A DNA stretch of 64,000 bases from an uncultured Planctomycetales bacterium (GTDB lineage: Bacteria > Planctomycetota > MHYJ01 > JACPRB01). Shown piece after piece: positions 35,894 through 46,504 of this stretch. Where the stretch lies: the NCBI GenBank assembly GCA_964468745.1, contig CAYXVY010000140.1, positions 5,945-69,944 on the forward strand. Reading direction: 5' to 3'. Each line of letters begins with the position of its first letter. Within the stretch, counting starts at the first letter, position 1. The notes beneath the pieces were generated by a model. The model saw only the letters and a program-made list of their open reading frames with translations. It was not told where the DNA came from and did no database searches. A program made the position numbers and the translations under genes.

Positions 35894-37990
35894 CTAGTTC
35901 GCCTTGAACACGGACACCCCCTCGAACCGCGCGACCCGTTGCCCGATCTTCTCGAGCTCCTCGAGCGCACCCGGCGCCTCTTTGCGCAGATCTTTCTCCA
36001 CCACGATCGCGTACTCCCCATCGCGCAGCTCCACTCGTCGACCCGGCAGGATCGGCTCCGACCGCCGACCGACGTACCACTCCACCCGCTGCGTGTTCGA
36101 CCACAGGCCCGACGGCGACTGCGCCTTCACCCACAGCGCCGCTTCCTTCACCGGCCGATCCTCAGTTCGACGCGGCCGCGCGCTCGCCACCACCATCCCC
36201 GTCAGCGCGACGCCGATCGCGATCGACGACGCGACACGCACGAGCTTGGCGCGGGCCCGCGACGCCAGCCAGTCGATGAACGCCACCGCCGCCGCCGCCG
36301 CGAGGGGCAGTACGAAGAGCACCGGCAGCAAGACCTGTCGCTGGCTCACCATGTATCCGCTCGCCGCCGCGAGGATCGGCCCCAGCATCGCCCCCGCGCT
36401 CAGGCAGAGCAGGAACGCCAAGCCGAGCGGACGCACCCGACCGCGCAGAAACCAGATCCCCAGCGCCAGCGGCGGAAGCACGAGCCACGCGAGACTCTTG
36501 AGCTTCGACGCGTAGCGCGCGAACGCGGCCCCCCACCCCGACTCCAGCGGCGCGTGTGGCCCCATCGGGGGAAGCTCGGGCCGCTTGCCGAGCGACTGCA
36601 TCGCCGCCTGCACGCCTCCGCGCCACGTGATCTTCCACTCCCCGGTGAGCTCCCTCCAGAAGTTGAGCAGCGGCATCGCCGCGGCCACGAACACCGCCGC
36701 ACCAGCCACTGCCGACCCCGCGACTCCCCAACGAAACGGACGGCGCATCAGAGCGATGCCCACCAGCGCGATCGGCACGTAAATCCCCTCGGGTCGGACA
36801 TAGTACGCCAGCGCGCCGACAAGCCCCGACGCGATCGTGAGCCCCGCGCTCCCCCGCATGACCCCGAACCACGCGAGCGAAATCGCGCTGATGAAGAACA
36901 GGTGGAACAGTCCCTCCGTCATCACGTCCGCGTGCGCCTGCGCGTAGTACGGCGCGCACGCGAAGAGCAGCGCCGCCAGCATGCCCGCCCGCCGGCCCGT
37001 CACGTCCATCGCCAGCGCGAGGAACGGCGCGACGGCCAGCGCCCCCGCCAGCGCCGAGACGAGATACCCCGCGCGCTCCCAGTCTCCGATCAGCGAATGC
37101 GCGGCCGCGATCGCGACCGGATATCCCGGATGAATTCCGTGCCCCATCCACGTCTTCCAAGTCCCCTGCGTCAAATCCTGCGCGGCGAAGAGATAGGAGG
37201 ACGCATCGGTCGTCAGCACTTCCGTGAGCGACGCCTGCACCATGCGCAGCGCGAACGCGAGGAGCACGATGCCGATCGGCGCCGCCATCGCCACCGCGTA
37301 CCACTTGAGGTAGTGCGGCAGCCACTTCAGGATTCTGAAGCGGCTCTCGCCCGCGGTGCGGTCCTCCCACGTGCTCGGCACTTCAGCGACGTTCCATCCG
37401 CGCACGTGCGCCTTCACCGTCATCTCGAGGCCGAGCTCGAACCCCGCCTCGCTCTGCACCGGCACCTTCGACAGGAACTCGCGACTGTACGCGCGGAAGT
37501 TGTTCGTAGCGTCGTGGGTCGCGACGCCGGCGAGCCAGTGGAGCGACAGGCCGGCCGCGCGCGAGCCGAGCCGTTTCAGGAGCGGTCCTCCCTTTTGCGA
37601 CCCACCCGGCATGTACCGCGAGCCGCTGACGACGTGCGCCCCCTCGTCGCGGATCTTCCGCGCCATCGCACGGATGATCTCCGGCGGATCGGAGAGGTCT
37701 GCCATCGTGACGACGACGACGTCCCCTGTCGCCGCCGCCATGCCGGCCCGGATCGCGAACGCGGGACCGCGTCCGAGGTCGTTCTTCACGAGCCGGACGC
37801 TCGGCGGCTTGTCGGGCATCGCGGCGATTGCGGCGAGCGTGCGGTCCTCGTCGAAGTCGTAGCAGACGAGGAGCTCGTGATCCTCCGAGGCCAGAGCGTG
37901 TGCCAGTCGCCGCAGGCACTCGGCGATGTTTCGGTCTTCGTTGTAGACCGGGATGACGACGCTGACGCGGCGAGCAATCAGAGGGGGCAT
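35894..37990 (-). CDS. Fusion protein: polyprenyl-phosphate glycosyltransferase (GT2, DPM1/GtrB/ArnC-like) + large C-terminal polytopic membrane domain (GT-C-like)
   Basis: N-terminus RVSVVIPVYNEDRNIAECLRRL...DFDEDRT...LVKNDLGRGPAFAIRAGM is the Dpm1/GtrB-type GT2. It is followed by >400 aa of TM helices. Track start TTG 38011; preferred ATG 37990 (MPPLIARR), 10 nt after a TATAAC -10. Confidence 0.6.
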   Translation of the reverse strand: MPPLIARRVSVVIPVYNEDRNIAECLRRLAHALASEDHELLVCYDFDEDRTLAAIAAMPDKPPSVRLVKNDLGRGPAFAIRAGMAAATGDVVVVTMADLSDPPEIIRAMARKIRDEGAHVVSGSRYMPGGSQKGGPLLKRLGSRAAGLSLHWLAGVATHDATNNFRAYSREFLSKVPVQSEAGFELGLEMTVKAHVRGWNVAEVPSTWEDRTAGESRFRILKWLPHYLKWYAVAMAAPIGIVLLAFALRMVQASLTEVLTTDASSYLFAAQDLTQGTWKTWMGHGIHPGYPVAIAAAHSLIGDWERAGYLVSALAGALAVAPFLALAMDVTGRRAGMLAALLFACAPYYAQAHADVMTEGLFHLFFISAISLAWFGVMRGSAGLTIASGLVGALAYYVRPEGIYVPIALVGIALMRRPFRWGVAGSAVAGAAVFVAAAMPLLNFWRELTGEWKITWRGGVQAAMQSLGKRPELPPMGPHAPLESGWGAAFARYASKLKSLAWLVLPPLALGIWFLRGRVRPLGLAFLLCLSAGAMLGPILAAASGYMVSQRQVLLPVLFVLPLAAAAAVAFIDWLASRARAKLVRVASSIAIGVALTGMVVASARPRRTEDRPVKEAALWVKAQSPSGLWSNTQRVEWYVGRRSEPILPGRRVELRDGEYAIVVEKDLRKEAPGALEELEKIGQRVARFEGVSVFKAN

Positions 37991-38374
37991 GAGTTCATGA
38001 GTTATAACCAAGCTCCACTGCCGACACCGTCTTGCCCGATCAACACAGAGGAATCCGAGGACACCGAGAAGATTGGGATGGGGTAGTTACGCCCGCTTGG
38101 AGGATACCTCCGGGCTGCGATATTGCGCGCTGCAATGGGATCATCGGACGCGACACCGAGATATCGGAGGGAACCGAGAAGAGGCCGTGGGGGGATCGCA
38201 GACCGCCTCGGTCGCCACGGTGACACGAAGATCTGCCGGCTCCCACGACGAGGAGTGAATGTCCCCTCCAAAAGCCTTCTCGGTTGACTCGGATGACTCG
38301 GTGTTCATCCGCGTCCTGCCGCGCTCATACTCACGTTCTCTGATTTCCGGTCTTCGCATCGGTATAGTGTCTCG

Positions 38375-39463
38375 GTGCCCCGCATCGGGATCAACGCAAC
38401 CTTCATCCACGACCCGCCGACCGGCATCGCCACATATTCCATCCAGGTCGCGCGCCGGCTGCTGCGCAGTCCCGACTATGCGGCGTTCGTATCGTTGCCG
38501 GGTCAGATCGGCCCGGAGAACGACTCCCGCATCCTCGGGACCTACCCGCGCTTCGCCCCCAACGGCCGCGCCTTGACGCATCTGAAGCGGCTCTTCTGGG
38601 AGCAGTTCAGTCTTCCGCGCCTGTCGCGAAAGCACGGACTCGCCCTGATCTATTCCCTGGCGGCGGAGGCGTCCCTGGTGGACTCCATGCCGACGGTGAT
38701 CACGCTCTATGACGTGGTGCAACTCGCGCGGCCCAACTTCTTCCCGAAGCACCGGATCTATCACAGGCGCGTGGTCCCGCGCATCGCGCGCCGCGCGGCC
38801 GCCGTCATCACGATTTCGGAATTCAGCAAGGGGGAGATCGCGCACTACTGCGACGTGCCGCCGGAGCGCATCCACGTTGCCCCGTGCGCCGTGGACCTCG
38901 ACCGGTTTCGGCCGCGTCCGCCGGGGACGCCGCGCGCGCGCTACGGGCGCTTCGTGCTCATGGTTGGCGCGCAGCACCCGCACAAGAACGTGGCGAGAGG
39001 TCTGCGTGCCTTCGATCGGTTGAGCGACGACGATCTCAAGCTCGTGTTGATCGGGGCGCACGACGGCATGGGGATGGAGGAGTCGATCGACGGTCTGCGC
39101 CATCCGGAGCGGATCGTCGCCGCTGGACGCGTGAGCACCGACGAACTCGTCCAGTACTACGCGGATGCGGCGGCATTTCTGTTCCCGTCGCTCTACGAGG
39201 GGTTCGGGTTGCCCCCTCTCGAGGCGATGGCCTGCGGCACGCCCGTGGCGGCGGCGCGTGCGACGGCGCTTCCCGGCACGTGCGGCGACGCGGCGCGGCT
39301 GTTCGATCCGGGTTCCGAGGAGGATATGGCCGAGGCGCTGCGGGAGGTGATCGCCCATCCGCAGCCTTACCGCGAGCGCGGACTGGCGCGTGCGGCCGCG
39401 TTCTCGTGGGACCGTACCGCGCAGACGATAGACGCGGTGCTGCGCGCCGTGACCAACGATTGA
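38375..39463 (+). CDS. Glycosyltransferase family 4
   Basis: GT4 C-terminal signature FLFPSLYEGFGLPPLEAMACGTPVAAARATALPGTCGDAARLFDP. Confidence 0.8.
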   Translation: MPRIGINATFIHDPPTGIATYSIQVARRLLRSPDYAAFVSLPGQIGPENDSRILGTYPRFAPNGRALTHLKRLFWEQFSLPRLSRKHGLALIYSLAAEASLVDSMPTVITLYDVVQLARPNFFPKHRIYHRRVVPRIARRAAAVITISEFSKGEIAHYCDVPPERIHVAPCAVDLDRFRPRPPGTPRARYGRFVLMVGAQHPHKNVARGLRAFDRLSDDDLKLVLIGAHDGMGMEESIDGLRHPERIVAAGRVSTDELVQYYADAAAFLFPSLYEGFGLPPLEAMACGTPVAAARATALPGTCGDAARLFDPGSEEDMAEALREVIAHPQPYRERGLARAAAFSWDRTAQTIDAVLRAVTND

Positions 39464-39494
39464 TTCGCGGCGACGCATCGGGTAACACACTTCC

Positions 39495-40940
39495 GTGACC
39501 GAAGTTCAATCGGCAACCACGTCGCTGCCGCAGGCGGCACACGCGACCGAGCGCCCGCGGTCACGGTACCTGGCACGCGTACTGGCGGAAGCCACGTGCA
39601 CGGTCGCGCTTGCGGTGAGCGACCTGGCCGGCGCGTGCCTGTCGGTGGCCGTCGCGTACGGCATACATCGTCTGCTCACGACGTGGCTCACGTTGAAACC
39701 GCTCAGCCTGGCGCACGGCCTCGGGAACGCGATCTGGCTCGCGATCCCGCTTCTCGCGGTCTCGCTGCTGCGCGGCACGTATACCCGCAAAGTGCCGTTC
39801 TGGGAGGCGGCGCGGCTCCTGCTGGGGTCGGTGGTCGTCGCGATCGTCGTTTCCTTTATCGGCCTCTATCTGACGCGCTTGGCGCCCGAGATGTCGCGCT
39901 CGCTGTTCGTCCTGTCGGGCGTGGCGATGGTCGCGATCGTGCCGCTGCTGCGATTGAGCTGCGTCGCGCTGCTGTACCGGCTGAAGCTTTGGGGACAGGA
40001 GGTCGCGGTGGTCGGGCATGCCACGCACGTCCACACGGTGGCGGCGAACCTCGAGCGCGACCACATGCTCGGCTATCACGTGGTGCAGACGATCGAGGTG
40101 ACAGGAGACGAAAAGGAGCTGATGCCGAGGACAAACGCGGCGATCGTCGTCATGGAAGGGCTCGCGCCCGAGGCGGCCTCGCGCCTCGTCTCCGCGCTGC
40201 ACGCCGTCATCCGACGCGTGACCATCATGCCGGTGCTCACGGAGCTGCCGTACGCCTGGACCACACCCCATTTCCTGCTCGACCGCCGCTACATGCTGCT
40301 GACCACGGACAACCGGCTGAAGGAGCCGGTGAATCTGCTGCTCAAACGCGTGTTCGATTTCGTCCTGGCGGCGCTGATGACGGTGCTCCTCGCGCCGTTC
40401 TTCCTATTGATGGCGCTGGCGATCCGCCTGGAGTCGAGCGGTCCGGCGTTTTTCGCCCACAAGCGCATCGGCAGGCGCGGCCGCACGTTCCCGTGCCTCA
40501 AGTTCCGCACGATGTACGCCGACGCCCAGCAGCGCCTGCAGTCGATCCTCGATGCCGACCCCGCAAAGCAGGCGGAATGGGACGCGACGTACAAGCTCAA
40601 GGACGATCCGCGCATCACGGGCGTGGGGAGATTCCTGCGCAAGACGAGTCTCGACGAGTTTCCACAGCTCTTCAATGTGCTCGCCGGGCAGATGAGCCTG
40701 GTCGGCCCGCGGCCGATCGTCGAGGGGGAGATCGCGAAGTACGGCGACGGCTATGCGGTCTACAGCGAGGTGACGCCCGGGATCACAGGGCTCTGGCAGG
40801 TGTCGGGGCGCACGGAGACGAGCTACGCGGAGCGCGTGGCGATCGACGTGTGCTACGTTTGCAACTGGTCGCTGTGGCTCGATCTCGTTGTCTTGTTGCG
40901 GACGATTCCCGCCGTCCTTTCGAAGCGCGGCGCGTATTGA
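39495..40940 (+). CDS. Polyprenyl-phosphate sugar phosphotransferase (WbaP/WcaJ-type initiating glycosylphosphotransferase)
   Basis: N-terminal TM segments. C-terminal bacterial sugar transferase domain (KRVFDFVLAALMTVLLAPFF...PCLKFRTMY...DEFPQLFNVLAGQMSLVGPRP). Confidence 0.85.
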   Translation: MTEVQSATTSLPQAAHATERPRSRYLARVLAEATCTVALAVSDLAGACLSVAVAYGIHRLLTTWLTLKPLSLAHGLGNAIWLAIPLLAVSLLRGTYTRKVPFWEAARLLLGSVVVAIVVSFIGLYLTRLAPEMSRSLFVLSGVAMVAIVPLLRLSCVALLYRLKLWGQEVAVVGHATHVHTVAANLERDHMLGYHVVQTIEVTGDEKELMPRTNAAIVVMEGLAPEAASRLVSALHAVIRRVTIMPVLTELPYAWTTPHFLLDRRYMLLTTDNRLKEPVNLLLKRVFDFVLAALMTVLLAPFFLLMALAIRLESSGPAFFAHKRIGRRGRTFPCLKFRTMYADAQQRLQSILDADPAKQAEWDATYKLKDDPRITGVGRFLRKTSLDEFPQLFNVLAGQMSLVGPRPIVEGEIAKYGDGYAVYSEVTPGITGLWQVSGRTETSYAERVAIDVCYVCNWSLWLDLVVLLRTIPAVLSKRGAY

Positions 40941-40948
40941 CGGGGGCC

Positions 40949-42040
40949 ATGGCGCGCATACTCCACGTCAGCAAGCTCTACGCCCCGTGGATCGGCGGGG
41001 TGGAGCGCGCGGTCCAGGACATGGCCGAGGGGTTGCGCCTCGAGCACGAGGTGCGGGTGCTCGTGTGCAATCACCACCGGCGGTACGTCCGCGAGACGAT
41101 CAATCATGTACCCGTCGTGCGCGCGCGCACCCCGAAGATCGCGTTCTCGATGCCGCTCTCGCTGCAGTTTCCGTCGTTGCTGGCGCACTATGCGCGGCGG
41201 GCCGATCTCGTGCACTTTCACAGCCCGTTTCCGCTGGGCGATCTCGCGGGCGTGCTCGACGGGTGCGAGGGCAGGCCGGTCATCGTCTCGTACCACTTTC
41301 ACGTCGTGCGGCAGTGGTGGGCGATGCCGTTCTACGGCCCGGTGCTTCGCGCGCTGCTGCGGCGGGCGGACCGCGTGATCGTTTCGGGCGCGCGGATGCG
41401 CGACAGTTCGCGCGCGCTCATGGAGGTTGCGGAGAAGTGCCGCATCGTTCCGTACGGCGTTCGCGACGAAGCCGCCGCCCCGCGGGAAAGCTTCGCGCTT
41501 CCGGCGCGCGACTTCGTCCTCTTCGTCGGCCGCCTGGTGCCGTACAAGGGGTGCGAGGTCCTCATCCGGGCGATGCCGCAGGTCGACGCACCGCTGGTGA
41601 TCGTTGGGCAGGGTCCGCTGCGCGGGGCGCTCGAACGGCTTGCGCGGGAGTTGGGAGTCGCCTCCCGGGTGCACTTTCTCGGCGCGCTTTCCACGCCGCG
41701 CATCCGCCACTGCTATGCCGAGTCGCGCGTCTTCGCGTTCCCGTCCGTCATCAACACGGAGGCGTTCGGGATCGTGCAGCTCGAGGCGATGTCGTTCGGC
41801 AAGCCGGTGGTCAACACGGACCTGCCGACGAGCGTGCCCGAGGTGGGGCCGCACGACGTGACGGGGCTCACGGTGCCGCCGCGCGACGCGACTGCGCTGG
41901 CCGGGGCGCTCAACGCGATCCTGCGTGAGCCCGAGCGCTATGAACGCTACAGCCGGGCGGCGCGCGCGCGGGCGGGCGAGCTTTCCACCGCACGATTTCT
42001 CGACGGCGTTCGCGCAGTCTATCGCGAGGTGCTGTCGTGA
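40949..42040 (+). CDS. Glycosyltransferase family 4
   Basis: Starts MARILHVSKLYAPWIGGVERAV. Has GT4 EX7E region (FAFPSVINTEAFGIVQLEAMSFGKPVVNTD). Embedded in a longer out-of-frame track ORF (39596..42040). Confidence 0.8.
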   Translation: MARILHVSKLYAPWIGGVERAVQDMAEGLRLEHEVRVLVCNHHRRYVRETINHVPVVRARTPKIAFSMPLSLQFPSLLAHYARRADLVHFHSPFPLGDLAGVLDGCEGRPVIVSYHFHVVRQWWAMPFYGPVLRALLRRADRVIVSGARMRDSSRALMEVAEKCRIVPYGVRDEAAAPRESFALPARDFVLFVGRLVPYKGCEVLIRAMPQVDAPLVIVGQGPLRGALERLARELGVASRVHFLGALSTPRIRHCYAESRVFAFPSVINTEAFGIVQLEAMSFGKPVVNTDLPTSVPEVGPHDVTGLTVPPRDATALAGALNAILREPERYERYSRAARARAGELSTARFLDGVRAVYREVLS

Positions 42041-43569
42041 GCGAAGTTGCGGCCGGGGAGCGCGGCGCGGAGCGCGACCGTCGTGCGCGCCTGGGCTTCC
42101 TGCTGGCCAACGCCTATCGCGTGGTGCGCCTCGGGCTCGGGCTCATGAGCGTGCCGCTGGCGATCACGTATTTCGAGCGCGAGCAGTACGGGTTCTGGCT
42201 GGTCGGTTTGAGCGTGGTCGCCTATCTCTCGCTCAGCCATTTCGGGGTCGGCAACAGCCTGTTGAATACGGTCGCGCGCCAGCGGGGCGCCGCCGGGCCG
42301 GACGACCAGAAGCGCGCCGTCTCCAGCGCCTTCTTTCCGTTCCTGGTCGCCGCGCTCGTCATCGGTGTCGTCGGCTTCATTCTCGTCCGGATCCTTCCGA
42401 TCGACCGCCTCTTCGGACTGTCCAGCAAGGTTCGCGAAGCTCCCGCGGTCCTTACGGTTCTCATGGCATGGGCGCTGATCGATCTCGTGCTGCGAATCCC
42501 GCTGGCGGCGCAGCAGGGGCACCAGGAGGACTACCGCGCCCATGCGTGGAACATCGTCGGGGCCATCGCCGCATTCAGCGGGCTGGTGGCGGTCACGCGC
42601 CTCGACGGCGGGCTTCTGGGGTGGGCCTACGTGTCGCTCGTGGCGAACATGGGTGTCGAGGCGATCAACCTCGTACTTTTCCTTCGCGAGCACCCCGAAT
42701 GCCGGCCGTCGCTGCGGTTCTTCGACTGGGGAGAGGCGAAGCTCCTGTTCACGCGCGGGTTCCTGTTCTGGTGCCTTCAGATCTGCTCGCTGCTCATCGT
42801 CAGCACGGACAACGTGGTCATCGCGCGACTGATGGGCGCGACCGAGGTGGCGACCTACGGCGTGGTCTTCCAGCTCGTCATGTTCGGCACGACGGTGATT
42901 CACGCGCTCAGCGCGTCACACTGGGGCGCGTACGCGGAGGCGGCCGGGCGCGGCGATTGGGATTGGATCGGCCGCTCGTTCTCACACATCATTCAGCTCT
43001 CGGTGTGGCTCGCGGCGGCGGCGGGCCTGTGCGTGGCTGCCTGGGGGCAGGATCTCCTGCGCGTGTGGCTGCGCGGCGAGATCACGGCGTCGGCGACGCT
43101 CCTGGCGGTGATGGGCGCGTATCTCGCGATCAACGTCTGGTACAACGCGTACAGCGTGCTGCTGGGGGCGCTCGACCGCGTCGGTCGGCAGGTTATCGCA
43201 TTTGGCTTGGAAGCGGCGGTGCATCTCACACTCTCGCTGATTCTCGTGACGAAGATGGGAATCGAAGGGGCGGCGTGGGCCACGATCGTTCCGGCAGTCG
43301 CCATCACGGCATGGCTGCTGCCGGTCCTCGCACGCCGGGCACTGGGAGGGCATGCGCCGCGCGTGCTGTTCAATCTCCTGCGCGGAGTCGCGATCCCGGC
43401 GGCGCTCGCGCTGGGCGCTACGGTCCTGCTCCGTCGCTGGCTCGGCGAGAGCGCTCCGCTCATCCGCTTGCTGGTGGGTTCGGCGGGCACGCTGGCGGTG
43501 TTCGGCGTCTCCTCGCTCGTGCTGATGGGGCGCGAGAGGGCGATGCTGGCGCTCAGGAAGATCACGTAG
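42037..43569 (+). CDS. Polysaccharide biosynthesis/flippase protein (Wzx-like, MOP superfamily), ~14 TM
   Basis: 510 aa, hydrophobic throughout, with Wzx-like N-terminal (LANAYRVVRLGLGLMSVPLAITYF). GTG start overlaps the upstream stop. Confidence 0.65.
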   Translation: MSEVAAGERGAERDRRARLGFLLANAYRVVRLGLGLMSVPLAITYFEREQYGFWLVGLSVVAYLSLSHFGVGNSLLNTVARQRGAAGPDDQKRAVSSAFFPFLVAALVIGVVGFILVRILPIDRLFGLSSKVREAPAVLTVLMAWALIDLVLRIPLAAQQGHQEDYRAHAWNIVGAIAAFSGLVAVTRLDGGLLGWAYVSLVANMGVEAINLVLFLREHPECRPSLRFFDWGEAKLLFTRGFLFWCLQICSLLIVSTDNVVIARLMGATEVATYGVVFQLVMFGTTVIHALSASHWGAYAEAAGRGDWDWIGRSFSHIIQLSVWLAAAAGLCVAAWGQDLLRVWLRGEITASATLLAVMGAYLAINVWYNAYSVLLGALDRVGRQVIAFGLEAAVHLTLSLILVTKMGIEGAAWATIVPAVAITAWLLPVLARRALGGHAPRVLFNLLRGVAIPAALALGATVLLRRWLGESAPLIRLLVGSAGTLAVFGVSSLVLMGRERAMLALRKIT

Positions 43570-43599
43570 CAAGGAACGCGAAAACCCGTCCTTATTGCC

Positions 43600-44505
43600 T
43601 CAGGCGAGATCTCCCAAGCGACACGTGGCGTGACTGATCACGTCGACGACAGGGAGATGCGCGATGAGCCGCAGTCGATCCGAACCCGATACGAATGTGA
43701 GCTTGCCCGATTGATCTCGCGATTCCCGATATCGGCTCTCGACATACGCTTCGGCAGCGGTCAGCCGCCTGAATGAAGCCGCAAGATCCACTCGAACGAA
43801 GAACGCGTTCAGTCCCGCACTCGTACAGCCCACCAGCTGGTATCCTTTTGCCTTAGCCGCATGGCAAAGGGCCGGGAGCGAGGCGCCCCAATACAGATTC
43901 GATTCATGCGCGCGAGTTCGGTGGAATTCAGCCTCATACGGAATCGTAACCGAGTGAACCTTGCCGAAGATGCTGTTGTATTCGCAAACGACGATCCGGG
44001 GTTGGATGACGGTAATCGCCTGCCAGACCCAATAGTCGTTCCCGTCGATGTCGATGCTCAGGAGCCCGATGTCCCCGGAGAAGCCTGCCGCTTGGATTGT
44101 GGTATTGATGTTCTCCCGGGTGATAAAGGAACGGATCGCCTTGAGCTGATGCCTCCAGTAGATCGGATCCTGCTTGATGTACTCGATGTGATTTCCGTCG
44201 CAGTCGATGACGAGGCCTTGCCAGTTATTGTGACGCACCAAGAACCGCGTGTTGGACTCCAAGTAGTCCTCAACGCCGATCTCCACGAAGACCTGATTCT
44301 CTAGCAGAACGCGTTGTATGAGATGCTGGATGATGCCGTCCTCGCCATATTGCGAATAGACTCGGAACTCAAGCTCTGAAAGTCGTGAAAAGGATTGGAT
44401 CCGTCCGACCCGCTCTGCTTGCTGTTGGCCCAGCAGCATCAGTGCAGCATCGTCACGCGTCATGAATCTGCGAATCTTCGCCAGAAGACCCTTCACGAGT
44501 TTCAC
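43600..44505 (-). CDS. FkbM-family methyltransferase (putative sugar O-methyltransferase); markedly AT-richer than surroundings
   Basis: GLLSIDIDGNDYWVWQAI...PRIVVCEYN matches the FkbM-type l.iDvEG.E..vl.....P.i..E.h region. Confidence 0.55.
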   Translation of the reverse strand: MKLVKGLLAKIRRFMTRDDAALMLLGQQQAERVGRIQSFSRLSELEFRVYSQYGEDGIIQHLIQRVLLENQVFVEIGVEDYLESNTRFLVRHNNWQGLVIDCDGNHIEYIKQDPIYWRHQLKAIRSFITRENINTTIQAAGFSGDIGLLSIDIDGNDYWVWQAITVIQPRIVVCEYNSIFGKVHSVTIPYEAEFHRTRAHESNLYWGASLPALCHAAKAKGYQLVGCTSAGLNAFFVRVDLAASFRRLTAAEAYVESRYRESRDQSGKLTFVSGSDRLRLIAHLPVVDVISHATCRLGDLA

Positions 44506-44615
44506 GTGCGATCAGCCCTTATGCACACGTTTCACCGGATTTCCGTCGTCTTCAGCATAGCAAGGCGCGGCCGGCGTGAGGCGCGATATACTGTCGTTCC
44601 TCCTCGAGGATCACC

Positions 44616-46496
44616 GTGCTCGCGTTGCTCCCCGGCCTCACGTTCCTGGCGCTGCTGGCCGTCCTGCGCACCCGGGCGCCGCACGCGGACTGGAGGGACA
44701 GCTATCTGGCGGCCGCTGTACTGATCGGCGTCTACCTCACCGCCGCCACCGAAGTCCTGAGTGTCCTCCACGCCTTGCATGCGACGGCGCTGGTCTGCGT
44801 CTGGACCCTGCCGTGCGCCCTGCTCACCGTCTGGCTGATTCGCAAGCGCACCGATTGGTCGACTTCACTGCTGCCGCGGGGTTGCCGACGGGCTGAGTCG
44901 ATGATCGTTCTTACGATTGTCGGTATCGTCGGCCTGATCGCAATGATCGCACCGCCGAACAACTGGGATTCGATGACCTACCACATGGCGCGAGTGGCGC
45001 ACTGGAAGCAGAACGCGACAGTCGCCTTCTATCCCACGCACATCATGCGACAGCTGCATCCGCCGCCGGGATCGGAATACGCCCTGGCGCACGTCTTCAT
45101 CCTCGGCGGGGATCGGTTTGTGAATTTGGTCCAGGGGTTCGCGTTCGCAGCCGCAGCTGTGGCGGCCAGTCGACTCGCCGACCATCTCGGCGCCCCTGCT
45201 CCTGCGCAGTGGCTCGCCGCGATGCTGGTGCTCACCACGCCGATGGCGATTCTGCAGGGATCGAGCACGCAGAATGACCTCGTGGCAGCCATGTGGGTGG
45301 CGATTTTCGTCACCTTCGGGACCCGGTGGCTGAGCGATCGCAGGTTCGTGTCCCTCATGCTTGGCGCCGGAGCGCTCGGATTGGCGCTGCTGACGAAGGG
45401 CACGTCGTACGTCTTCGCGGCGCCGTTCGTGATCGGATTCGGAGCGGCGATCATCAGACATCGCGGGCTCCGGGCTTGGCGACCCCTTGTGGCCACTGTC
45501 GCGATCGTCGTGGCACTGAACGCAGGCCACTACGCGCGGAACGCCGGACTCTATGGTCATCCCCTCGGTCCGGCCACCGGCAGAGACGCGGACGAGAAAG
45601 TGAAGTACACGAACGACATCGTGACGCCACTGTCCGTGGCTTCGACCATCGTCCGCAACGTCGCGAGCCATTTCATGTCGACCCCCCTCCGGCCCGTGAA
45701 TCGGCTCGCCCACGCTGTCACCGTCGCGCTTCATGAACGCACAGGGTGCGACGTCAGCGACCCCCGCACGACCTTCGGTCTCCCCTTCGCGATCCCCCGC
45801 TCGTGGAGGCACGAGGATTCGATCGGAAATCCACTGCATCTGTTGATCGGCGCCGTGGCGCTCGCCCTGTTCATCCGCCGGCGCCGGGAGATTCCCAACG
45901 CGCGAAATCTGGCCGCGTTCGTCGCGGCGTGCGCCGCGGCCGCGCTCCTGTTCTGCGTGCTGTTCCGATGGCAGATGTGGAGCACGCGCCTTCACCTCCC
46001 GCTATTCGTCCTGGGAAGCGCGTTCGCCGCCTCGGCGCTTCCGCCGGGCGCCACGCGCCTGCGCTTCGCGGTGCTGGCCGTCGTTCTCGTCGGAGCCGTG
46101 CCGTGCCTTGTTTACAACAAGAGCCGGCCCATCGTCGGCGAGGGTAGCATTCTCACGACCCCGCGGACGGAGCTCTATTTCAGCAATCGCCGTGACCTGT
46201 ATGCCCCCTATCAAGACGCCGCCGCCCGAGTCCGCGCCGCGGGGGTGACGGAGATCGGTCTCATCGCCGGATCGGACGACTGGGCGTATCCGCTGTTCGC
46301 GCTGCTCGGCCCGGGGGTGCGCATCGTGCACGTCGATGTGGAGAACGCCTCGCGCACGCTGCCGGGGGCGCGCCTTCACGGTTCGCTCGACGTGATCGCA
46401 TGTCTGGATCCCGCACGCACGTCCCAGCTCAGCACTGATCGCGACTACGCGCTCTGGGCCGCATTCGACCGCATATCGCTGTTCCGGAGGCGATGA
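44616..46496 (+). CDS. Polytopic membrane protein (~11 TM + ~200-aa C-terminal domain), GT-C/PMT-ArnT-like; candidate glycosyltransferase or polymerase
   Basis: 626 aa. Loop with NNWDSMTYHMARVAHW after TM1-2. Repeated hydrophobic helices, then a soluble C-terminal domain. Confidence 0.4.
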   Translation: MLALLPGLTFLALLAVLRTRAPHADWRDSYLAAAVLIGVYLTAATEVLSVLHALHATALVCVWTLPCALLTVWLIRKRTDWSTSLLPRGCRRAESMIVLTIVGIVGLIAMIAPPNNWDSMTYHMARVAHWKQNATVAFYPTHIMRQLHPPPGSEYALAHVFILGGDRFVNLVQGFAFAAAAVAASRLADHLGAPAPAQWLAAMLVLTTPMAILQGSSTQNDLVAAMWVAIFVTFGTRWLSDRRFVSLMLGAGALGLALLTKGTSYVFAAPFVIGFGAAIIRHRGLRAWRPLVATVAIVVALNAGHYARNAGLYGHPLGPATGRDADEKVKYTNDIVTPLSVASTIVRNVASHFMSTPLRPVNRLAHAVTVALHERTGCDVSDPRTTFGLPFAIPRSWRHEDSIGNPLHLLIGAVALALFIRRRREIPNARNLAAFVAACAAAALLFCVLFRWQMWSTRLHLPLFVLGSAFAASALPPGATRLRFAVLAVVLVGAVPCLVYNKSRPIVGEGSILTTPRTELYFSNRRDLYAPYQDAAARVRAAGVTEIGLIAGSDDWAYPLFALLGPGVRIVHVDVENASRTLPGARLHGSLDVIACLDPARTSQLSTDRDYALWAAFDRISLFRRR

Positions 46497-46504
46497 GCCG
46501 CGAA

